A DNA stretch of 64,000 nucleotides from the NCBI GenBank assembly GCA_963749735.1, contig CAVVNZ010000006.1, positions 21,797 to 85,796 on the forward strand, given 5' to 3'. Below the pieces are notes generated by a model. The model did not search any database. It was given only the letters and a program-made list of their open reading frames with translations, and had not been told where the DNA came from. Source of the stretch: an uncultured Chloroflexia bacterium (GTDB taxonomy: Bacteria > Chloroflexota > Limnocylindria > Limnocylindrales > CSP1-4). A program made the translations under genes and the position numbers. Numbering within the stretch: the first letter of the stretch is position 1; each line of letters opens with the position of its first letter. This document shows, in pieces, positions 29,419 through 39,785 of the stretch.

Positions 29419-31694
29419 CGGACCGGCTCGGTCGGATCGCCGTCGGCGTGTCCGGACGAGGCTCGAACCTCCGGGCATTGGCCGCCGCGGCCGATCGCGG
29501 CGAGCTCGGCGGGTCGATCGCCCTCGTCTTCGCGGACCGCTCCTGTCCCGCCCTCGACTGGGCGGTCGAGCAGGGGATCGAGACCGCGCTCGTGCCGGCC
29601 GCTCCGCGCGACGACGCCGCCGCGCGTGCCGAGGAGGACGCCGCGCTGGCGTTGACTCTCGACTCGGTCGCTCCGGACCTCGTGGTCCTGGCCGGATACA
29701 TGCGGATCGTCGGCCCGATCACGCTCGCGGCGTTCCCGGGCCGGATCCTGAACATCCATCCGGCCCTGCTGCCCGCGTTCCCCGGCGCGCATGCGGTCGC
29801 CGACGCACTCAGCCACGGTGTAGCGGTGAGTGGGGCGACGGTCCACCTGGTCGACGCCACGCTCGACGGGGGTCCGATCGTAGCGCAGGAGGCGGTCCCG
29901 GTCCTGGCCGACGACGACGAGGCGTCGCTCCGGGCGCGGATCCAGGCGGTCGAGCATCGGCTGCTCCCGCGAACGGTCGCGCTGGCGCTCGCCGACGCGC
30001 TGGAGCTCGATCCCCGGACGAACCGGGTGATCGTCGACGTCGAACGAGCCGAGGCCGAGCTCCCTCGGCCGCGGCGCGCGCTCCTGTCGGTCAGCGACAA
30101 GACCGGCCTCGTCGACCTGGGTCGAGGCCTCGTCGGGCTCGGCTTCGAGCTGGTGTCCACCGGCGGGACGGCTCGGACGCTGCGGGACGCCGGGTTGCCG
30201 GTGACCGACGTGGCCGCCGTGACCGGCTTTCCCGAGATGCTCGACGGACGGGTCAAGACCCTCCACCCGCGGATCCACGGAGGGATCCTGGCCGATCGGC
30301 GAGCGGTCGATCACCGCCGTCAGCTCGTCGCAGCCGCGATCGCTCCCTTCGAGCTCGTCGTGGTCAACCTGTACCCGTTCGCCGCCGCGGCCGAGCGACC
30401 CGGGATCGGGTTCGACGCGCTCGTCGAGGAGATCGACATCGGCGGTCCGTCGATGGTCCGCGCCGCCGCCAAGAACCATGCCAGCGTGGCGATCGTCAGC
30501 AGCCCGGCCCGCTACGGCATCGTGCTCGACGCGCTCGCACGGGACGGGGACGTCCCGCTCGGATTGCGGTCCGCCCTGGCCGTCGAGGCGTTCCGTCACA
30601 CGGCCGCCTACGACGCGCGCATCGCCGCCGAATTGCCCGCCCGGATGGCCGCCGCCGGGATCGATCTCCCGGACGAGCCGGGGCTGCCGGGCGCCGGTGA
30701 CCCGTACCCGCCCACGTTGACGATCGGGCTCGAGAAGGTCGAGACGCTCCGCTACGGCGAGAACCCGCACCAGTCGGCGGCGCGCTACCGGCGCCCCGGG
30801 GCCGTTGACGCCGGTCCGTTCGCGACCGGCGTCCCGCCGGTCCAGGGCAAGGCGCTGAGCTACAACAACGTGCTCGACGCGGCGGCCGTGGCCGCACTGA
30901 CCCGCAGCCTGCGCGGACCCGGTTGCGTCATCGTCAAGCACACCAACCCCTGCGGAGCGGCGGAACGCCCCAGCCTGCTCGAGGCCTGGGGGGCCGCGCT
31001 GGCCGGCGACCCGGTGTCGGCCTTCGGCGGCGTCGTCGGCCTGACCGGGGCCGTCGACCGGACCCTGGCGGAGGCGCTGGTCGGCATCTTCCTCGAGGTC
31101 GTCGTCGCTCCGGCGTTCGGGACCGATGCCCTGGACATCCTTGCCACCAAGCCCAACCTCCGACTCGTCGTCGATCCGTCCCTCGGGAGCGCCGCCGCCG
31201 CGATGCCGTCACCGCCCGACCGGCTCGGTGCGATCCGGACCGCCGGCGGCGCCGTCCTCGTGAGCACGCCGGACACCGTCCCCGACGACCCGTCGACCTG
31301 GTCGCAGGCCACGACCCGGGCACCGTCGGCCGGTGAGCGACGCGACCTCGATCTCGCCTGGCGACTGTGTCGGGGCGTCACGAGCAACGCCATCGTCCTG
31401 GTCAAGGATGGCCGGCTGGTCGGTCTCGGCTCGGGACAGACGAGCCGGGTCGATGCGGCCCGGCAGGCGGTGGACCGGGCGCACGCCATCTCCGGCCCTG
31501 ACTCGACCGTCGGCGCCGCCTGCGGTTCGGACGCGTTCTACCCGTTCCCCGACGCGGTCGAGGTCTGTCTCGCCGCGGGGGTCGGCGCGTTCGCCCAGCC
31601 GGGCGGGTCGGTCCGCGACGCCGAGGTCGTCGCCGTGGCCGAGGCCGCGGGCGCCGCGATGCTCCTGACGGGCGTCCGCCACTTCCGCCATTGA
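29415..31694 (+). CDS. purH: Fused GAR transformylase (PurN) + AICAR transformylase/IMP cyclohydrolase (PurH)
   Basis: SGRGSNL, LAGYMRI, NIHPALLP, LDGGPI, then in the same frame RALLSVSDK, GRVKTLHP, IDIGGP, LRYGENPHQ, KHTNPCG, RHFRH. Confidence 0.95.
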   Translation: MTDRLGRIAVGVSGRGSNLRALAAAADRGELGGSIALVFADRSCPALDWAVEQGIETALVPAAPRDDAAARAEEDAALALTLDSVAPDLVVLAGYMRIVGPITLAAFPGRILNIHPALLPAFPGAHAVADALSHGVAVSGATVHLVDATLDGGPIVAQEAVPVLADDDEASLRARIQAVEHRLLPRTVALALADALELDPRTNRVIVDVERAEAELPRPRRALLSVSDKTGLVDLGRGLVGLGFELVSTGGTARTLRDAGLPVTDVAAVTGFPEMLDGRVKTLHPRIHGGILADRRAVDHRRQLVAAAIAPFELVVVNLYPFAAAAERPGIGFDALVEEIDIGGPSMVRAAAKNHASVAIVSSPARYGIVLDALARDGDVPLGLRSALAVEAFRHTAAYDARIAAELPARMAAAGIDLPDEPGLPGAGDPYPPTLTIGLEKVETLRYGENPHQSAARYRRPGAVDAGPFATGVPPVQGKALSYNNVLDAAAVAALTRSLRGPGCVIVKHTNPCGAAERPSLLEAWGAALAGDPVSAFGGVVGLTGAVDRTLAEALVGIFLEVVVAPAFGTDALDILATKPNLRLVVDPSLGSAAAAMPSPPDRLGAIRTAGGAVLVSTPDTVPDDPSTWSQATTRAPSAGERRDLDLAWRLCRGVTSNAIVLVKDGRLVGLGSGQTSRVDAARQAVDRAHAISGPDSTVGAACGSDAFYPFPDAVEVCLAAGVGAFAQPGGSVRDAEVVAVAEAAGAAMLLTGVRHFRH

Positions 31695-31827
31695 CGTCGC
31701 CAGACGGCCGATCCACGAGTGGCGCATGCGCCCACGGGTGGCCGCTGGCCGGTCTGGCCGATCCGGTGCAGAATCAAGGGGACACCACAGGGCGAGACCG
31801 CCCGCAGGACCGAGGAGGGACGCCCCG

Positions 31828-32412
31828 ATGAGAGACGAAGACACGAACCCGACCGCCGACGAGACGACCGACGGCCACCAGCATGACGACGGGCACGCCC
31901 ACGACGCCGATCCGAGCGCCGCGGATGGCGGTCGCGATCTCGGGTCCATCGTGACCACGATCGGCGACACCGTCGCGGCAATCGCCCACGACATCGCCGA
32001 GAAGGCCGGCCCGACGATCAAGAGCGCCACCGAGAAGGCCAGCCCGGCCGTCCGCGACGTGGCCGCCAAGGCCGCGGACGTGGCCGCGAAGGCCGGCGAC
32101 GCAGCCGGTCCGTGGGCGGAGAAGGTCGCCGTGGCCACGGGCGACATCGGGACCAAGCTCGCCGAGCGCAGTCGGACGTTCGCCTCCGATGTCCGCCAGG
32201 CCGGCGAGGACGCGACCGACAAGGTCAGGTCGACCGTGTCCAACGGCAGCGGCGATGCCGCCGACAAGGCGGCGGATAAGACGGCTCATGCGGCCGACAC
32301 CGCGGCCGACGCAGCCGCGGGCGCCGCCGATGCGGTCGGTGGGACCGCGGCCCGCGCCGCGGATGCCGTCAGCGATGCCGCCGACGACGTCTCGGGAACG
32401 ACCTCCGTCTGA
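31828..32412 (+). CDS. Ala/Asp-rich hydrophilic repeat protein (LEA-like)
   Basis: GAGGAGG RBS; about 11-residue periodic AAD repeats. Confidence 0.7.
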   Translation: MRDEDTNPTADETTDGHQHDDGHAHDADPSAADGGRDLGSIVTTIGDTVAAIAHDIAEKAGPTIKSATEKASPAVRDVAAKAADVAAKAGDAAGPWAEKVAVATGDIGTKLAERSRTFASDVRQAGEDATDKVRSTVSNGSGDAADKAADKTAHAADTAADAAAGAADAVGGTAARAADAVSDAADDVSGTTSV

Positions 32413-32463
32413 CGTCGCGGGTCTGGCCGGCCGGCCGTCGGCGCCTGCTACCATCGGCCGGCC

Positions 32464-34110
32464 ATGACCCCACCCGAGCGCTTCTACCTGACCACCGCGA
32501 TCGCCTACGCCAACAGCCGGCCGGGTCTCCACACGCTCTACGAGGTGGTCGGGGCGGACGCCATCGCCCGCTGGCATCGGATGGTCGGGGACGAGACGCG
32601 GTTCCTGACCGGGACCGACGAGCATTCGGTCAACATCGCCCAGCAGGCGGCCGCCGAGGGCCGCTCGCCGCGGGCGTTCGTCGACGATCAGGTGAAGCTG
32701 TTCACCGCGGCCGAGGGCGCGCTCCTGATCGCCCCGGACCGGTTCATCCGGACGACCGACCCGGATCACGTCCTCGCGGCCCAGGAGATGGTCCGCCGGG
32801 CGTATGCCAACGGCGACATCTACCCGGGCACCTATGAGGGGTGGTACTGCCCGAACGAGGGGTTCCGGAACGCGTCCGACGTCCAGGAGACATCGCGCGG
32901 GACGATCTGCCCGAACCATCCTGACGTGCCGCTCCAGTGGCTCTCCGAGCGGAACTGGTTCTTCCGCCTGTCGGCCTACCAGGAGCGGCTCGAGCGCCAC
33001 TATGCCGACCACCCCGACTTCGTCCAGCCGGACTATCGGCGCAACGAGATGCTCGGGTTCATCCGCGGCGGCCTCGAGGACTTCTCGATCAGCCGCGCCG
33101 GAGCCGACTGGGGGATCCCGTTCCCGATCGCGGAGAACGGTGAGACCGCGCAGCGCGAGGACGGCAGCTGGGACGCGGAGGCCGGGACGATCTACGTCTG
33201 GTATGACGCGCTGATCAACTACATCACCGGGGCCGGCTTCCCCGCCGACCAGGACGCCTTCGCCCGGTGGTGGCCGGCGGACCTCCACGTGATCGGCAAG
33301 GACATCGCCCGGTTCCACACGATCTATTGGCCGGCCATCCTGTGGAGTGCCGGCCTCGAGGCGCCTCGCCGGGTCTGGGTCCACGGCTTCCTGCTCGCGG
33401 CGGGCGGCGAGAAGATGAGCAAGAGTCGTGGCAACCTCATCGACCCGGACTCGGTCGTCGCGGTATTCGGGGCCGACGGGGCCCGGTACGTCGCGCTCCG
33501 CGAGGTGCCGTTCGACCGTGACGCCGACGTGAGCTGGGATTCGTTCGTCCGACGCTACAACGCCGATCTCGCCAACGACTTCGGCAACCTCGTCAACCGG
33601 ACGGTATCGATGGCGGGCCGCTATCTCGACGGAGCGCGTCCGGCGCCTGCACCGGCGGATGTTTCGTCCCTCGGGGCGGGGTGGGCCGACGTCCTCGTCC
33701 GATACCGGGAGCGCCTCGAGGCCTGCCTCCTCCACGAGGCCCTGGCCGTGCTGTGGGACTTCGTCGGGGCCGCCAACAAGCTCGTCGACGCCGAGCAGCC
33801 GTGGGTCCTGGCCAAGGCCGCCCAGGGCGGCGACGACGATGCCGGACGACGCCTGGCGTCCGTCCTCGGCGATCTCGTCGAGGCGTGTCGTTTGATCGGT
33901 CTGGCGGTCGCCCCATTCATGCCCGGGACGGCGCCCCGTGTGCTCGCCCAGCTCGACCACGTCTACGCCTACGCTGCCGATGGGAACGGCGGACCGCCGC
34001 TCCTCGACGAGCTCCGCTGGGGCGCCCACGCCGGTCAACCGGGCACGTTGACGGCGCCGCATCCGCTGTTCCCGCGTCTCGAGACTGAGGATGCCCCGGC
34101 CACGGGCTGA
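32464..34110 (+). CDS. metG: Methionyl-tRNA synthetase (short form, non-canonical HIGH motif)
   Basis: FYLTTAI.Y.N, LTGTDEH, FIRTT, YEGWYC, IYVWYDAL.NY, IGKDI.RFH, KMSKS, NADLANDFGNL. Confidence 0.95.
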   Translation: MTPPERFYLTTAIAYANSRPGLHTLYEVVGADAIARWHRMVGDETRFLTGTDEHSVNIAQQAAAEGRSPRAFVDDQVKLFTAAEGALLIAPDRFIRTTDPDHVLAAQEMVRRAYANGDIYPGTYEGWYCPNEGFRNASDVQETSRGTICPNHPDVPLQWLSERNWFFRLSAYQERLERHYADHPDFVQPDYRRNEMLGFIRGGLEDFSISRAGADWGIPFPIAENGETAQREDGSWDAEAGTIYVWYDALINYITGAGFPADQDAFARWWPADLHVIGKDIARFHTIYWPAILWSAGLEAPRRVWVHGFLLAAGGEKMSKSRGNLIDPDSVVAVFGADGARYVALREVPFDRDADVSWDSFVRRYNADLANDFGNLVNRTVSMAGRYLDGARPAPAPADVSSLGAGWADVLVRYRERLEACLLHEALAVLWDFVGAANKLVDAEQPWVLAKAAQGGDDDAGRRLASVLGDLVEACRLIGLAVAPFMPGTAPRVLAQLDHVYAYAADGNGGPPLLDELRWGAHAGQPGTLTAPHPLFPRLETEDAPATG

Positions 34111-34145
34111 GCACTGCGGAGGACGGCGATGCCCGGGCGGACCGG

Positions 34146-34970
34146 TTGCGTCTGATCGATAGTCACGGACACCTCCAGGCGGATCGCTTCGTGCGGGACG
34201 CCGACCTCGTGATCGGCGGCGCGCGCCTCGCCGGGGTCGAGCGGATCCTGGTCCCGGGCTGGGACCCCGGATCGTCGGCCGACGCCCTCGCCCTGGTCGA
34301 CCGATTCGGCTGGCTCGACGCCGCCGTCGGGGTGCATCCCCACGAGGCGGCGACGGTCGACGCGGGCGGCTGGGACCGGATCGTGCGACTCGCCGCAGAT
34401 CCGCGCGTGCTGGCGATCGGTGAGACCGGTCTCGACACCGACCGGGCCTTCTCGCCGGTCGAGGACCAGCTGGTCAACCTACGGCGCAACCTGGCGCTCG
34501 CGCTCGCGACGGGCAAGCCCGCGATCCTCCACTGTCGGTCGAAGGCGGGGGAGCGCGACGCCCAGGACCTGCTCGTCCGGGAGCTCCAGGCGGCCGGGTT
34601 CGGCGCCGCTCCCGGTCGGACGGCATTCGGCGACCGCCCGCCGGCGGTCATCCACTCGTTCTCGGGTCCGGTCGACTACGCCGAGCTCGTCCTCGGGCTC
34701 GGGCTGGCGATCTCGTTCAGCGGGCTCGTCTTCCGACCCGGTGAGGAGCCGAGCGCCGAGGTCGTTCGGCGCGTCCCCGCGGAGCGGCTCCTGGTCGAGA
34801 CGGACGCACCGTTCCTGTCGCCGCCCGGCGCGCCGCGCAAGCGCAACGAGCCCGAATGGGTGTCGGTGACCGCTCGCTGGGCGGCCGAGCAGCGTGCGGA
34901 GGACCCGGAGCCGTTCGGCGCCGGGCTCGTGACGGCCTACGACCGCGTGTTCGTCCGTCACGACCGCTGA
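34146..34970 (+). CDS. tatD: TatD-family nuclease
   Basis: IDSHGH, GVHPH, IGETGLD, HCR, HSF, LVETDAP; follows metG. Confidence 0.92.
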   Translation: MRLIDSHGHLQADRFVRDADLVIGGARLAGVERILVPGWDPGSSADALALVDRFGWLDAAVGVHPHEAATVDAGGWDRIVRLAADPRVLAIGETGLDTDRAFSPVEDQLVNLRRNLALALATGKPAILHCRSKAGERDAQDLLVRELQAAGFGAAPGRTAFGDRPPAVIHSFSGPVDYAELVLGLGLAISFSGLVFRPGEEPSAEVVRRVPAERLLVETDAPFLSPPGAPRKRNEPEWVSVTARWAAEQRAEDPEPFGAGLVTAYDRVFVRHDR

Positions 34971-35665
34971 TGACGAAGCGTCTACCGAACATGCGCAGCC
35001 TGCTGATCCTGCTCCTCGGGTCGCTCCTCGTTGCCTGTTCACCGACCGCCTCGGCATCCCCGTCGACGGTCGCGCTCGAGAGTCCGAGCCCCACCACCGG
35101 TTCGACGGCGCCATCCGCTCCCACGTCGAGCCCGACGCCGACACCCACGACCGGCCCCACGGCGACCCCCACGCCGACCGCGACCGCGATCCCGACGACC
35201 GCTCCCAGCCCGACCGCATCGTTCGCCGCGTGTGCGCTGCCGAAGTGGCTCGGGACCCTACCGAGCGGGCGCCTCGTCGACGTCTCGGTCCAGTCGTCCA
35301 TCGCTGTCGACAAGGTCGTCTTCAAGTTCCAGCCCGGCGGTGAGAACCCCGGAACGCCGAGCGGGACCGTGGTCGCGGCCAAGCCTCCATTCACCGAGAG
35401 TGCCAGCGGCAAGCCGATCACGGTGGCGGGCGACCAGTTCCTCCAGGTCCGCTTCCGCAACATGACCCTCGAAGGGATGACCGGCCCGGTCTACACCGGC
35501 AAGCACGACATGAAGCCGGACTTCGAGGCACTTCGCCAGGTCGTCAACTACGACGAGTTCGAGGGTTACAGCGGCTGGATCGTCGGGATGGACCAGCCGA
35601 CGTGCGTCACCGTCCTGAACGACCCGGCCCACCTGACGCTCACGCTGCGGATCGCGCACCCCTGA
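34970..35665 (+). CDS. Lipoprotein with T/P linker and AMIN-like domain
   Basis: LVAC lipobox; DKVVFKF...DEFEG...W.VG. Confidence 0.72.
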   Translation: MTKRLPNMRSLLILLLGSLLVACSPTASASPSTVALESPSPTTGSTAPSAPTSSPTPTPTTGPTATPTPTATAIPTTAPSPTASFAACALPKWLGTLPSGRLVDVSVQSSIAVDKVVFKFQPGGENPGTPSGTVVAAKPPFTESASGKPITVAGDQFLQVRFRNMTLEGMTGPVYTGKHDMKPDFEALRQVVNYDEFEGYSGWIVGMDQPTCVTVLNDPAHLTLTLRIAHP

Positions 35666-35702
35666 CCGACGGGCCTGGGCGACGACCGGCCGCCGGGTCG
35701 CC

Positions 35703-35731
35703 TTGACAGCGAGCGCGCGGCTGGGTACAGT
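35703..35731 (+). promoter_or_regulatory. Housekeeping-sigma promoter of groESL
   Basis: TTGACA-17 nt-TACAGT. Confidence 0.85.
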
Positions 35732-35732
35732 T

Positions 35733-35759
35733 TTGGCACTCTCGCATCGAGAGTGCTAA
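35733..35759 (+). promoter_or_regulatory. CIRCE element (HrcA operator)
   Basis: TTGGCACTC-N9-GAGTGCTAA, one mismatch to TTAGCACTC-N9-GAGTGCTAA. Confidence 0.93.
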
Positions 35760-35911
35760 GCAGAGCGACCGACGAGCCCCGACGGGCTGCCTGCGCGGTC
35801 GACGCGACGCACTCCATCACAAGGGAAACGGGTCATCCGGTCGCGCCCGCGCTCGGAGGCCGCATGTCGAACGGTCGACGGCCGATGAGCCGTCACAGGA
35901 GGGATCGCACC

Positions 35912-37910
<1,999 letters not shown>

Positions 37911-37929
37911 TCCCGCTGCGAACCACGAC

Positions 37930-37961
37930 ACGACGCCCGGGCCAAGCGGCCCGGGCGTCGT
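37930..37961 (+). terminator. Strong hairpin after groEL
   Basis: ACGACGCCCGGGCC-aagc-GGCCCGGGCGTCGT; poor U-tract. Confidence 0.65.
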
Positions 37962-38139
37962 CGATTCGACGACGGCGGTACCATCGGGCCACAGACGACC
38001 GAACGGGCCCGACGCCACGCTGGCGCGGTGCCCGCCAGCTCGTCGAGGTCCGGGCGTCGAGAGACGTCCGTCAACCGACCCGGCGACGCCGCCGGCTGCC
38101 ATCACCGAGCGACCATCCGCACTACGGAGAACCACCCGC

Positions 38140-38955
38140 ATGCCCCGTCGCCTCCTGCTCTCGATCGCCGTCGCGGCAACCGTCTTCCTGGCCGCCTGCG
38201 GCGGCTCGTCGTCGGCACCCGCGCTGACCGATCCGAAGGACATCCTCACCCACTCGGCATCCTCGCTCCAGGGGATCAAGTCGGTCCACCTCAAGGCCAG
38301 CGTCACCGGCAAGATCGATCCGGGCTCGCTCACGGGCTCCGGCAGCGGCGCGGGTGCGACCGTCGACCTGACAGGGTCGACGCTCGAGGGTGACCTCGAC
38401 CTCGCCAAGTCCGAGGCCAAGCTGGCGATCGCGGCGCCGAGCCTCTTCGGGTTCAGCGCCGACGTCATCGTCGACAGCGGCACCCTCTACCTGAAGTCGA
38501 GCCTGACCGGCGACAAGTACCAGAAGCTCGACACGTCGACGTTGACGGCCGGCCTGCCGATCCCGAGCCTGCCGGTCAGCGCCTCGCCCGACCCGAGCGC
38601 GGCCGCCGCGATGATCGACCAGCTCAAGGCGGAGCTCGACAAGCTCCCGGCGCCGACCAAGCTCGCCGACGAGAAGATCGGCAACGTCGACTGCTACCAC
38701 GTCCAGCAGAAGGTCTCGAGCACCGACGTGCCGGAGGCGAGTGGCCTTCCGGCGGGCACGGTCACCCTCGACATCTGGTCGAGCAAGGCCGATTACCGCC
38801 CGTGCCGGGTGGGCATCGCCGTGGACGGTGGGGCCGCCGGGACCCTCGCGGTCACGGTCGACCTGACCAACTACGACGCCCCGGTGGACATCGCTCCGCC
38901 GCCCGCCGATCAGATCAGCGACCAGCCATTCTCGATCCCGGGGCTCACGCCCTAG
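38140..38955 (+). CDS. LppX/LprAFG-like lipoprotein
   Basis: LAAC lipobox; KSVH, LYLK, CYHV, LTNYDAPVDIAPP pattern. Confidence 0.72.
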   Translation: MPRRLLLSIAVAATVFLAACGGSSSAPALTDPKDILTHSASSLQGIKSVHLKASVTGKIDPGSLTGSGSGAGATVDLTGSTLEGDLDLAKSEAKLAIAAPSLFGFSADVIVDSGTLYLKSSLTGDKYQKLDTSTLTAGLPIPSLPVSASPDPSAAAAMIDQLKAELDKLPAPTKLADEKIGNVDCYHVQQKVSSTDVPEASGLPAGTVTLDIWSSKADYRPCRVGIAVDGGAAGTLAVTVDLTNYDAPVDIAPPPADQISDQPFSIPGLTP

Positions 38956-38978
38956 GCGCCGTCGCCTCGTCGCAAATC

Positions 38979-39013
38979 ACGAAGCCCGCCCCGGCGACCG
39001 GGGCGGGCTTCGT
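38979..39013. terminator. Bidirectional terminator hairpin between convergent genes
   Basis: ACGAAGCCCGCCCCGG-cga-CCGGGGCGGGCTTCGT. Confidence 0.8.
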
Positions 39014-39039
39014 CGTTTGAGCCGTCGCGACGACGGTCC

Positions 39040-39639
39040 TCAGGCCTTGGCCGGCTCGGCCTCGGGCTGGGCCGCTTCGGCCTCCTTGGCTGCGGCCTTG
39101 ATGTCCTTGGCGGCGACATCGTCGACCGCCGACTCGACGACCCGATTGGCGACGAGGAGGGCCTTGCGGACCTCGACCACGCCCGGGTCCTCGACGAGGG
39201 CCACGATGCCCGAGTTGCCCGGTGCGATCGCGTCGGCCAGCTGGTCGGCGAGCTCGCTCCGATGGTGGAGCTGGCGGACCTTGCCGATCGCGGCACCGAA
39301 CACGCCGACGCCGACGGCGCTGGCGAGGATCGACGGCGGGAACAGCACCCCGAGGACGATGCCCCCGACGATGCCGTACTTGGCGCCCTTCTTGGTGCTG
39401 TGATCGGTCGCCTTCTGGATGTCGAGCTTGCCGTCGGCATCGCGCTTGACGACGATCACGCCGTCGATCGCGACGTGGCGACCGTCTTCCATGCCCAGCA
39501 GGGTCTCGTAGGTCGCCCACGCCGACTCGGTGTCGGTGAACTCGGCGACGAACAGTGTGTACGCGCCATCGGTCGCGACGGCGGCGACGCCGCTGACCTC
39601 GGGCGTGCTGTCCGACGCCTTGGCTTCCTGGTCGGTCAT
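39040..39639 (-). CDS. DUF1269-like membrane protein
   Basis: AGGAGG RBS; glycine-zipper GA..G..GG..LG and PGNSGIVAL. Confidence 0.75.
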   Translation of the reverse strand: MTDQEAKASDSTPEVSGVAAVATDGAYTLFVAEFTDTESAWATYETLLGMEDGRHVAIDGVIVVKRDADGKLDIQKATDHSTKKGAKYGIVGGIVLGVLFPPSILASAVGVGVFGAAIGKVRQLHHRSELADQLADAIAPGNSGIVALVEDPGVVEVRKALLVANRVVESAVDDVAAKDIKAAAKEAEAAQPEAEPAKA

Positions 39640-39785
39640 GTTCCACTCCTCCTGTGCCGTCGGGCGCACAGTTGCGGGCCTGACAGGTTGGGGACGCGGC
39701 GCCAGCGCGCCGCGGTCCGAGTTTACCCCTGTCTCCGTCGGGGGGCATCCACGGCGGGTGCAGGCCTCCGACCTACAATGGCGAC

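Noticed and set aside
35085-35220. CCGAC/ACG-rich quasi-repeats
   Set aside because: They simply encode a Thr/Pro linker of a lipoprotein
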